From positions 94,054,001 through 94,118,000 of the forward strand of contig NC_043003.1 of assembly GCF_006345805.1 (NCBI RefSeq): a stretch of DNA of 64,000 bases, read 5' to 3'. Shown here piece after piece: positions 39,431-51,320 of the stretch. The notes under the pieces were generated by a model that was given only the letters and a program-made list of their open reading frames with translations, searched no databases and was not told the origin of the DNA. This DNA comes from Octopus sinensis (taxonomy: Eukaryota). Position numbers and translations under genes: made by a program. Position 1 is the first letter of the stretch. Every line of letters begins with the position of its first letter.

Positions 39431-40508
39431 TTTCTATTTATTCCACCACACAGAGGATGAAATATTGAAACATTGAAGTGCCATTTTAAAGAAAGGTAGA
39501 TAGTTTCTGTATAAGCAGCTACCATTAAAAATGAGAAAAAAATGTCACTAGAGCTCGCATAGAAGTCAACATTACAAATAAGTGTCGTCAATTAAAAGAC
39601 ACAGATGGTTATCAACGCTTTAGAGCTGTGGTTCCTAAATTGCATTATACAGATATCCAACACAGATAATATGCATTGACGTGATTAACTGAGTAGGAAC
39701 CATGTAAAGAATTTTAGCAATATCAGGAGGAAACGCTTTAAGATCATTTGGATGACAAATGAAAAGACAAAATATTGAACTCTTTGAAATTAATGGGAAG
39801 CGGAAAAGAAAAGAACCTTGGGAAGAAAGCAGAAGAAAATTCTCTATGGCCTCTCAGCTGGTTACAGAAAAACAGATACAATAGATTGCTAAATTGTGTG
39901 TGAGACAGGAATAGATATTCATGATCACCGACGGCAGTATGCGGTATTACAATAGCAACGCAATATAATATTGAGTATAATGCTATCAGTATATTTATAT
40001 TTGAATGCGTTTTAGTGCTTACGTCAATATTGCAACATGTTTCAACATTGTTCTATCGGGAATAAACAATAGGAACAAAGGCGAATGTAAAGGATGTGAA
40101 AAGTATATGAAAGATGTATGCATTAAAAAATGGCAGAGTAACATTAAATGCAGGAGAATATCGTACAGAATGTAAACAATATAAACATTTAAACTGGCAG
40201 TCAAATAACACTTAATTATGCAGAACAGGAAGATATCAATAGAATTTTGGGAAACCAGAAATTTTGTAAATATATCAGAATGTTAGAAATTGCAGCAATA
40301 GTTTGTATTCATAAAGAATACAATGTTAACATCTCAGCACTGATGCTGAGATGTTAACATTCTCTCAGTTAGCGAGTGTAGAATGTATTTGTTTATCTCC
40401 AACACAGTTTTGTTGAAGGTTGTGCAAAAGCAGAACTGCTGAAACTTGTCTTTCGATTGCGAACGCAGAATTTCTGTTAAAGCTAATACGAATACAAGTC
40501 CTCTTAAA

Positions 40509-40584
<76 letters not shown>

Positions 40585-40728
40585 GTTTGCATGTATGTAT
40601 GTATATATGTATATATGTATTATGTATTATTTATGTATGTAGGTAGGTAGGTATGATGGTATATTTCATTTAAGAGGATACTGTATTCGTACTAGCTATA
40701 TATATGTGTGTCTGCCTATAGGTATGCT

Positions 40729-40768
<40 letters not shown>

Positions 40769-40827
40769 CGTACATATATATGCATGCATATATGAATGTA
40801 TGTATGTATATGTGTACACACACACAC

Positions 40828-40900
<73 letters not shown>

Positions 40901-41169
40901 CACATACATATAACTGTAGGATTTCTAATGGAGTTATTTTGGCGTGCAGCCGAAACGATCGAGTGAGAATGGGAGAGAGTGAAAGAGTCAGAAAGGTTGA
41001 GAGAAAGACAGAAAGAAGGTGAGAGAAGTATTTTCCTTGTTGCTTAAGAAGAAGGGCATGTGATCTGGTAACAGATCAACTTATGTCTTTGAATAATATT
41101 CTAGAATGAAGATACTTTAGGGTTATAAAATATAGTGGCATAATAAATGTACTATGTGGTTGTATAATG

Positions 41170-41373
41170 TAGTACAATACTGGCTTGAAATTTGCTGGAA
41201 GAGGATAAGTCGATTACATCGACACCAGTACTCAACTGGGACTTACTTTATCGACCCCGAAAGGATGAAAGGCAGATCGACCTCGGCGGAATCCTGAACC
41301 CAGGATGCGAAGACGGACAAAACGCCACTAAGTATTTTGTATGGTGTGCTAACGATTCTGCCAGCTCGCTGCC
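41170..41373 (-). mobile_element. SINE with Meta-like central domain (same family as 39245)
   Basis: Minus strand GGCAGCGAGCTGGCAGAATCGTTAGC...GGGTTCAGGATTCCGCCGAGGTCGATCTGCCTTTCATCCTTTCGGGGTCGATAAAGTAAGT. Confidence 0.85.
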
Positions 41374-42006
41374 TTCCCCACTTTATTAAGTGCAAAAATC
41401 TAAACACTTCACTCAGTATTTAATGATGATAAGACATATTTATTTAGTAATATTTGCAATACAATTTAAGAGTTAGATCTACCCTTGTGTCAAAATTTGA
41501 AACCAATAAGAGATAGATCTCCAACTTCTAAATAAGAAATATTGACTCCCACCATAGTTTCTTTTTAAGGAAATCATCGGTGGTTAACTACAAATTGCTG
41601 TAAGAATATTTATTTTTCTTTGAAGTTTATGTCATTTTAACCTCGATGCTATAAAATATCTGATGTATGATTACAATTAAACTGTTGAATTTGGAGTATA
41701 TTTACAATTCTGTATAATAATTAAAGACAGATATTACAAATTATCATGCCCATCTGTTGAGTCATATGCTTTCTTTTGCCTCAGTCTTAAACTTCGCTAT
41801 CGAGGTGAATTGAAAACAAATTTCCTGTTATAATTTGGTTTGTAATTCGCTATTTAACTACTATAAAAGTGATAAAGCCCAGGTATTTAGAATCTTAGCT
41901 AAATCTGTGTAATTCGTAATTTATTCTTTCAACAAATTATATTAGTCGTATCAACATCGATATAGATTCTAATCTGCGAAGCTATAGTATATATTAGAGA
42001 GAAATA

Positions 42007-43315
42007 CAGAGTTCCATAAGGTCACTTTACAATTTCAAAAATTTATTACAAAGGCAATTAATTGATGGGATATCTGTATCAGACTTTTCCTATGTACAGG
42101 ACCGGATTAAGACCCAGAGAGGCCCCCAAGCACTTAAAAGATTTTGTGCCCCATATATATGTAATTCAAAATATAAACAATAATACCACAAAATAAATTC
42201 ATATTTTTCAAAATGAAATAGAACTAACAGTAAGATGGAAAGTTAATACTTTTTTATGTAAGACCAAGTTTATTTATATTTCATAAGTTTTCTCTGATTT
42301 AACAACACCGTCTTTGATCAGATCCTGACTATGCTACCATGAACACTTCGAAATTATATTGTCAATCATATAAACGACTTTGAATATTATCTTAGCAAGT
42401 TTAAAGTGATTTCTTTTGAGCTACAAATCATTTGCCATTTCTGTAGTACTCTTTCCCTTGATGCCCTAAGCACGTTCTTATTTGGCTTTATGGTTGATCC
42501 AGCACTGTCTATGTACGCGGTAGTTATTAAAGTCTTTAACCACATTGTTATTTGTGTTTTTCAGGTACCTTGTTAATGGAAAAGGGTTTGTTAAATGAAA
42601 CCCTAAAAAAGTGGCTCTTCATCAAGAAAAGACACAATGTGTATCGTGGTTTGCTGAAACAAAATCGGATACGCAGTCACAGCGAAACTACAGGATTAAT
42701 TATGGAAGACATCCGCCGTCACGTCCGTCAAGACGTGCATGGCACAAGGAATGCTTGGAAACAGGAACAGTGTTGAATAAAGGGAGGAGTGGTGGGTCAG
42801 AATTATCTGAGGAAAACATCGATCGTGTAAGACAAGCCTTTGATAATTCTCCTACAAAGTCCATACGTACTGCTGCCAGACAATTACAGCTACCACGTTC
42901 GACAGTGCACAAAGTCCTACAGAAATTGTGATTGTACGCTTACTAAGTGCAACTCTTACAGGCACACGAATCAAATGATAAGCCAAAGCAAAAAGAGTTT
43001 GCAGGTAATATGCTGGAACAAATTTCTGAGGATGCAGAGTTCCTCACCCGAGTTTGTTTTAGTGATGAGGCAACCTTTCATGTTTCAAGGAAACTGAACA
43101 CGCATAATGTGAGGATCTGGGGATCAGAACACTCCCACGTGACTAGGGAACTTCATTGAGATAGTTCGAATGTGAGTGTCTGGTGTATGATGATGTGCAA
43201 TTGAATCCATTTTTCTTCACAGAGAGATCAATTTCCGCAAATGTTTACCATGACCTTTTTACTGAATATGTGGCACCACAACTGGATGACTTTCAACCAA
43301 CTGTCGTTTTCCAGC
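42007..43315 (+). mobile_element. maT/DD37D-type Tc1/mariner element, 3'-truncated
   Basis: Left end TA-CAGAGTTCCATAAGGTCACTTTACAATTTC. DUF4817-like HTH MALHQEKTQCVSWFAETKSDTQSQRNYR...RSTVHKVL; DDE region FSDEATFHVS..NTHNVRIWGSE. Broken just before the expected QQDGA. Confidence 0.85.
42097..42507. mobile_element. hAT-type MITE nested in the maT element
   Basis: Imperfect TIRs CAGGACCGGATTAA / TTGATCCAGCACTG. 8-bp TSD CCTATGTA (42089-42096) / TCTATGTA (42508-42515). Confidence 0.75.
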
Positions 43316-43500
43316 GTACGCATACATTCATCCACATGTGTAGGTATGAACAGGCGCGCTTACGTGAATACTATGAACATTTTACCCCCTTACCTTACTT
43401 AGCGGTCATTCGAATAGCTCTTTTGTCTTAATAGCGGTCAATAACACAGTAATTTCCCTTTGTATAACGGTCTTTTTTCATAGTGTTTTTCCGATGGCTG

Positions 43501-43561
43501 GATAACTGAAGCGATGGTGGCGTGGATTTCCACCTCGGCATCCGAAACTCGGAGTTTTATC
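43501..43561 (+). ncRNA. Type-I hammerhead-like motif
   Basis: GATAA-CTGAAGC-GATG[GTGG..CCAC]CATC-C-GAAAC-TC-G-GAGT-T-TTATC. Stem I is GATAA/TTATC (5 bp) and stem III is ACTC/GAGT with a 1-nt loop. The core has A9 to C. Confidence 0.6.
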
Positions 43562-43658
43562 TTGGCTACCGAATAATTGTCGCATATTACATTTACAGAT
43601 AAATTCTCTATTTACATAATATCGAGGTCTCTTTCTTTTGTTATCTTATCGTTCTTAT

Positions 43659-43692
<34 letters not shown>

Positions 43693-43823
43693 AGATGTAC
43701 TCGCATAGCAAGTAATTTGACCTGAGATCGTGTGCTAAAACGAAAACAATTGGCTTATAAACACCTTCCACGCTGCAATTGGTTATATTATATATATTAT
43801 ATATATTATATATATATATATAG

Positions 43824-43857
<34 letters not shown>

Positions 43858-43895
43858 CACACACATATATATATATATACATATATACATACATA

Positions 43896-43933
<38 letters not shown>

Positions 43934-44199
43934 CATATATATACATATATATACATACACACATGTATTAAATTACGAATTAAAAGCCGCTCTACTAGTG
44001 TAAACATCATTGGTCGTACATGACATCGACCACTAATACCAATTTTCTTTCACATATGTTACGCCGCATCAAATTAACAAAAAATACCAGGTTTTAAAAA
44101 ACACAAAAATGTCCCGGGGTCTATTTGTTCGACTAACCGTCCCAAGACAAAGCCGTACTGCAATGACTGAAACAAGTAAAAGATGGATAATCAAAGATA

Positions 44200-44492
44200 C
44201 AGGATGATCAGGTCCTTCTTGTCAAACCAGTATGTTATGGAGATGTAAATAAACGAACACCAGTTGTGAAGCATTGATGTGGGAGAAACACAGAGACAAA
44301 GACACACATACTCTTACATATATTCATATATATACGATTGAGTTCTTTCAGTTTCTGTTTACAAAATCCATTGACAAGGCTTTGGTTGGTCTGAGGTTAT
44401 AGAAGAAGAGAGATGCCAAGTTAACACACAGTGGGACTGAGCCCAGGACCATGTGTTTTGGAACCAAGTTTCTTGCTACACAGCCACACCTG
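44200..44492 (-). mobile_element. tRNA-derived SINE (34111 family), tail-to-tail with a + strand 3' fragment at ~44100-44185
   Basis: Minus strand CAGGTGTGGCTGTGTAGCAAG...GGTCCTGGGCTCAGTCCCACTG. Confidence 0.8.
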
Positions 44493-44605
44493 TATATGTG
44501 TGTGTGTGCGTGTATGTGTGCATGTGTGTGTGTGGGTGTATACATGCATATATATATATGCATGTATATATGTATATATATATATGTGTACATATTACAT
44601 GTACA

Positions 44606-44705
<100 letters not shown>

Positions 44706-45217
44706 TACATATATACATCTATGTCTATATATGTACATCTATACATATACATGTATAGATATTCATCTATATATATATACGTTATATATATTATATATAT
44801 ATATATTGTATTTATATATGTATATATGCCTGTATATATGTGAGATAATAGTTTTATTTCAATAGTTTCAGTATTAAAGTGAAACTATTAAAGTGAAAAT
44901 ATCTGACATTACTATAGAGAGATGTTATTGTTTCACTTTTGACACGTAATACTGAAATAGTGGAGAAGATATGATACTGCTCTGGGCTCGCACAAGGCAA
45001 GAAGTAAAAAAGTAAGGCAGGTGTAATATTTGAACGAAATTGGTTGTGTAGTTCTCAAGTTTTAGGGATTCACACAGACACACAGACAGATAGACACACA
45101 TTCTCATCTTCATATATATATATACAGACATACGCATACACATATACATATACATATACATGCATACATACGTATATATATATACACGCACACACACACA
45201 TATAATATACATACATA

Positions 45218-45248
<31 letters not shown>

Positions 45249-45940
45249 TATATACACGCTTATGTAATCATACATATGAATATATACGTTTGTGTATGTA
45301 TGAATGTATATTTGTCTGTATATTCATACATAGACACACACATACATGCATGCATGCATACATACATACATACATACATACATACATACATACATACATA
45401 CATACATAAATGTATGTAGGTAAACTGTGGTAACAAAGTTAAAATATAAAGCAGAACAATAGTTGATTGTATTGTCAATGCTTCTGATGGAAAATTAATC
45501 AACTTCATTAAAAGTTGATTATCGCAGTTTGAAATTCATTAAACGGAGACAAGAATCTAAATGCATAGTATAACGTAAAGTGTCGTTGTTAATCTATGAA
45601 TGACGTCATTCTCGATGAATCTCGTTAAGTCGGAGAAAATCAATAACTACAAAATATTAAATTGCTAAGCTCAGCTATTGGATAGAAGCGGAATGCACGC
45701 GACATTCAAAGTGAATAGTACACTATGCATCCGCCATTCACAGCTGGATATAAATTTAAGTATTTGTGTACGCCACATAAGCTTTATATTCCTCCAAACT
45801 GTTGCTTCTAGCGAAACAATGATAGCATTAATATCGCCGATACAGAGATGGCTGCCGCTTGCCTTTGGCTCTCAAGTCCTGACAGTCTAGTAAAGGCATC
45901 GAAGAGAACCTCAGTTTGTCTTGGCTATATAAACCTGGTA

Positions 45941-45999
<59 letters not shown>

Positions 46000-46490
46000 G
46001 CTTCAACAAGTAGAATTAGCACTCGATCAGCTAAGAGTATTAAATTAATGTTATAATAATAAAAAAAGCCTTATTAAATACAGCTAGCCAAGATTTCGTT
46101 GTCAAAATATTAATTCATTCCGATATTTTTCAAGCCTGAGAACAAGATCTTTTGTAAGTCGACTGTTGAGCATATGACGTTTAAACAAGAGACGCGGATG
46201 TGGAAGAATTCAAGAAGAAAAGGGAGATAACCTACGTCGCAATAAATCGATGTCAAACGGTCGCAAATAAGATGTTAATGGTTTGCTATGTTTTTAGTGA
46301 TCTATTTTAAAATTCCGCTTGTTTTTTTTTTTTTCTTGTCTACTTTCTTATCAGTATCTCTTCCTTCAACATCATCTGCTGAAGGAGCAACTGGGAAACG
46401 GCCTTGTTCTCAGCCTGAAAAATGGTGAAATAAATGATTTGACAAGGTAATACTCAGCAGCTCTATGTAATGAGACTTGTGGTTTTTGTT

Positions 46491-46570
<80 letters not shown>

Positions 46571-46782
46571 ATATAGCATAATCTATCTATATATATAGAA
46601 TAAACGAACATTACAAATAACAATGACAAACAACAATAGGACGTGCACATGGAATGTATTATGATAATTAGACGCTCAGTAAAAAAAAAGAGTTTTTGAC
46701 GTTTTCCGAAAGGAAAAAGTGGAAAGCACAAAGTCCAAAGAAGGAAAAAAGTCAACAAGATCACATGTGTAGTTACATTGCT

Positions 46783-46868
<86 letters not shown>

Positions 46869-46890
46869 CAGATGGATGGATAGCTCGATG

Positions 46891-46941
<51 letters not shown>

Positions 46942-46950
46942 GGATAGCTC

Positions 46951-47019
<69 letters not shown>

Positions 47020-47035
47020 CTGACAGACAGACAGG
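46783..47035. repeat. (GATA)n microsatellite with two GATGGATAGCTCGAT interruptions
   Basis: Direct reading. Confidence 0.95.
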
Positions 47036-48539
47036 CAGAGGGGGGGAGAGAAATCAGAATCAACATCAATACTAGACTGCTTATATATTTATCGACCCCG
47101 AACAGATGAAGATGTGACCTCAGTTGGAATTTGAACTCTATGGGCTGTGATCCGGAATGAACCTTGGAAAATAATCTATCTGTAGCTTAGGTAACTTGAC
47201 AATTCACCTCTTAATTGATACTAATGAAACTTAAATAATGAGAATTTTTGTAACGAGGAAAAGATTCATCGTTGGGTAATAAACAGATCAAACTCATCGC
47301 AGTTTATTTGAAGAAGCAAGCGAGCTTTGGTATTTATTTAGCCGACTATTTAACCACCTTTGGAAATGCAGAATGATGTATGGAGAATGAAAGTGAAATG
47401 TTTCCGTCTGAAATCTAAATCAACTTGTGTACAATGCCAGCCATATGCTCTTCACCACATGTCGGAAATCATACACCTTTAATAGTGAACAGTGAAGACA
47501 GAAATTAAAGGATTATCTTATACAATTTGATTCATTGCGGAGTATTTCCATTGCTAATTGTGCTTCTATTGCCTATAGCTAATAATACTTATAGTATCTC
47601 TACTATATATAGCTCATAGCTATACTAGTAATGAAATGAATACAACAATGTTTTAACTTGTATTTTTTCGTTTCTTTTCTAGGCAGATAATTTAAGCATA
47701 CAGACTTCCTCAGTGTACAGTGACATAGGGATACATAGTATTAAACTTGCGTCATTCTCACGCTGTGTTTCTATTTCAGTTGGAAACTCTGATTTGTGAA
47801 AGAATTAACTTTTCTACTTGAGAACAATAATGGAATTCAAATAAACAAGTTTCTTCCAATGTTATTACATTTTGTATCCGTTACACTGCTTTGTTTAAAC
47901 TGAAGAATTTATTTGCTCTTTGTTCAAGGGAATACGTTGAATTAACTTAGAAATGATATAACAAATATTTCATAATCTCACTCTCCTTCATTGTTTGCTA
48001 TTATAATTGATAGTAGTTTAAAGTATCTTCTGACACAAAGACGATGATAAAAGAGTTATCGTCGAAATAGTGCCTCAAACAGATAATATGATTTGAGTAA
48101 GTTTAAATGGAAAAGACCAGAATCTTAGTGGGAGTATGGTGCTGATTGTTCCGGTGTGTGACAAGAATTGAGTTTTAAGTACACTGCAAGATGTTTCTAA
48201 GAATACACGCAATCTACATTTATTACATCAATTATCTTAGGTCTCAAATAATTCTGAAACACTTACGTGTTGCAGATATATCGTTTTCCCAAGTAAATTA
48301 TACCTTTCTCAGTTACTCTCGGCCTGATTTGGCCAAATTTATTCCTTTACAGAGGGCAATAAAGAGCTAAAATATGTGGTGAGTGATTGTGTAGGCATAA
48401 AGTGTTGATATTGAATACATTTTACTATATTGAAAAGGCTGACTTTTATGCATATACAGAAGCTGAACAAAATAGTGGAAACACCTTATTGATAGAAGTT
48501 TTATTATTTAATATAAAGTTGGTCCAAAATTGGCATCAG

Positions 48540-49400
48540 TTATAACTATTATCTCAATAGATTCTGAATGGCTGTTAAGGAAATTCTTCAAGTAAAATCT
48601 ACCTTAGCTCTTTCAGTGACGATAGCTCAGAAAAGATGTTCCTTACTTGTTGCTCCTAAAGCACCATAAATATTTGGTTATTTTGAAATCCAGTGATGAT
48701 TTTGAGAGCTAATCCAGGTGCTCTACTACACTCTTGTGCTCGTCGTCAATTTTTAGTAGCAATAGGTATGTGAATTATCGTCCTGGAAAATTGCGGTACC
48801 CTCAAGGAGCAAAGTTTGTGAAATAGCGGGCACATGAGCAGCCAAAATACTTAGATAATCCTTGGTGATAACTCCGAACTGTAAAAGCTAAAGGGTCATA
48901 GGAATTTCGTGATATGGCTGTCCCAATCCTCTAAGATCTACTTCCATGTTTCACGGTAGGGTTAATGTTTTGGCCACGCTCCAGATGCAAACTCACCTTG
49001 AAGTGAGAAAAACAGTAAATGAGGGTTCATGAGAGAGGGAAGTGTTCCTTTGAACTGTTGACCACTTCTGATAAACAATACACTAGTTTTATACATATAA
49101 ATATTTATGGGGAATGGAGAAGTTTAGCAATTGCAGCTCTCTCATGGTATCCAGCTTTATGGAGTTCGAGGCGTTTTAGATGACACAGAGTTGGTAATGT
49201 GGTGGTTTAGCCGACACATTTGTTACTGTTTTTACAATACGTTTCCCTATTTTGCAGTCCTTCTCCATAAGTTTTGGCTTCCGTCCAGAATAATGCTTGA
49301 CAAAGCTGTCTCTATCTTGGGTTTAGAATGCTAACATGCGTTTAGAAACGGTGCCTCTCGAAACATTAAACAATTCAACAATTCTAGTGACAAGTGTTCT
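48540..49400 (-). mobile_element. Degenerate Tc1 (DD34E) transposase
   Basis: Frame-shifted motifs RLELHKAGYHERAAIAKL, PTVKHGS, IFQDDNSH and EHL.W..QSPD-like. Confidence 0.75.
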
Positions 49401-49620
49401 AGTCATACATGCCCCCAAATTTGTTCTTTTGGGAAATCAGATAGGTTACGCATTTTACCTTCAATGTGAATCTACAAACAAACCAAGAAAACAGGTCGCT
49501 ATATCCTGAAGAGCAAGTCTTATTGATGAATATGAATGCCTATATGCAGACTAGAACAGTTCTGAACGAAAAAATGCTTAAGTGAAAAGTAATGTTTCCC
49601 TTATTTTGTCCAATCTTGTT

Positions 49621-49651
<31 letters not shown>

Positions 49652-49652
<1 letters not shown>

Positions 49653-49866
49653 CCGGAGTAAACACATAAATGTGAAACAAGGTGGAAAAAAGAGTACTCA
49701 AATACCAGTGGTAGAGTGATATGCTTTATTTAAAATCAGCAGAAAATTCAACAAAACCTGTTACTCTGTGTTTCACGTCCCCGTTCGTCAACTGTCCGAC
49801 GAACGGGAACGTGAAACTCAGAGTAACAGGTTTTGTTGAATTTTCTGCTGCTTTTAAATAAAGTAT
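49652..49866. mobile_element. PLE-type asymmetric fold-back insertion between (TA)n runs (second copy at 50223-50437)
   Basis: 69-bp arms 49721-49789 / 49798-49866 with 4 mismatches and an 8-nt loop. The left arm extends 69 bp further. AATAAA is present in the arm. Confidence 0.8.
49792..49829 (+). ncRNA. Minimal type-I hammerhead-like motif, copy 1
   Basis: CTGT-CCGACGA-ACG(GGAA)CGT-GAAAC-TC-A-GAGT-A-ACAG. Stem I is 4 bp, stem II is 3 bp with a GNRA loop, and stem III is ACTC/GAGT. Predicted cut after GUA at 49825; core U4 to C. Confidence 0.7.
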
Positions 49867-50187
49867 ATATATATAGTTAGAAATTGCTAAAATAATTTTG
49901 TAAAATAAATTTCAGTACCGGTTTCAGACATTGAGAGTTTTTCAACTGTAAGTATGGAAAGCAATTCAATTTTGGAAAAATGAAAAAAAAAGATTTTTTA
50001 AAAGAATATTTGCAGTGTTCGAATACAAGTGGCATTTTCCTTGTTTCTGCCTGTCTCTGTCTCTCGTGTTTATTCTTGTGGGTTAGAGATATATACATGC
50101 ACACTCACACACACACACACACACATATATATATGTGTGTGTGTGTGCGTGTGTATGTGTGTGTGTGTATACATATATGCATATATT

Positions 50188-50225
<38 letters not shown>

Positions 50226-50362
50226 GGAGTAAACACATAAATGTGAAACAAGGTGGAAAAAAGAGTACTCAAATACCAGTGGTAGAGTGATATGCTTTAT
50301 TTAAAATCAGCAGAAAATTCAACAAAACCTGTTACTCTGTGTTTCACGTCCCCGTTCGTCAA

Positions 50363-50400
50363 CTGTCCGACGAACGGGAACGTGAAACTCAGAGTAACAG
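50363..50400 (+). ncRNA. Minimal type-I hammerhead-like motif, copy 2
   Basis: Identical to 49792-49829; predicted cut after 50396. Confidence 0.7.
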
Positions 50401-50758
50401 GTTTTGTTGAATTTTCTGCTGCTTTTAAATAAAGTATATATATATAGTTAGAAATTGCTAAAATAATTTTGTAAAATAAATTTCAGTACCGGTTTCAGAC
50501 ATTGAGAGTTTTTCAACTGTAAGTATGGAAAGCAATTCAATTTTGGAAAAATGAAAAAAAAAGATTTTTTAAAAGAATATTTGCAGTGTTCGAATACAAG
50601 TGGCATTTTCCTTGTTTCTGCCTGTCTCTGTCTCTCGTGTTTATTCTTGTGGGTTAGAGATATATACATGCACACTCACACACACACACACACACATATA
50701 TATATGTGTGTGTGTGTGCGTGTGTATGTGTGTGTGTGTATACATATATGCATATATT

Positions 50759-50799
<41 letters not shown>

Positions 50800-50984
50800 T
50801 TACACATATATCTACACACACATTCATACATATGTACACGCATACATGAATACATAAATACATACATATACAAACACGTCCATACATACACACAAACATA
50901 TACATACACACATGCATGCATACACACATACATTTATACATACATGCATACATACATACAAACATTAATACATACATTTGTTAC

Positions 50985-51320
50985 ATAGGTGCAGTATGGC
51001 CGAATGGTTGATAAATTCGCTTCCTTCGAAAGAAGTCCTATGTTCGGTAGTACTACGTAGAATTTTGGATATATAAAATTATCTTTGACCTAAGATCGAT
51101 ATGCCGATGTAAATGAAATTAGATACAGATGGAAACCATACTGAAGCCGTTGAATAGATTTCATTTGTAGTTAAAAGGTGTAGTCTTGATACAGACTATG
51201 CCACGCTCATTATCCCTGAGAATTACCTTAAAGTTGCACATACCAGTAAAATACTCAGCCACTTACGCATTAATTCATTAATTCTCATTGTCGAATGACA
51301 GGGATCCCTCTACACCTCCA
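50985..51320 (+). mobile_element. Degenerate tRNA-SINE
   Basis: GGTGCAGTATGGCCGAATGGTTG...CCTATGTTCGGTAG head. The body CCACGCTCATTATCCCTGAGAATTACCTTAAAG resembles the 976-1452 family. Confidence 0.6.

Larger units (their letters stand above)
49627..50760. repeat. Tandem duplication (units 49627-50189 and 50190-50760; period 571 bp outside the TA run)
   Basis: Identical ORFs at 49877 and 50448; ACCGGAGTAAAC at 49652 and 50223. The only difference noticed is the (TA)n length. Confidence 0.95.

Noticed and set aside
46300-46414. Strong minus-strand acceptor TTTTTCAG followed by a coding-like charged segment
   Set aside because: The most protein-like frame has a stop immediately after the acceptor, and there is no good donor.
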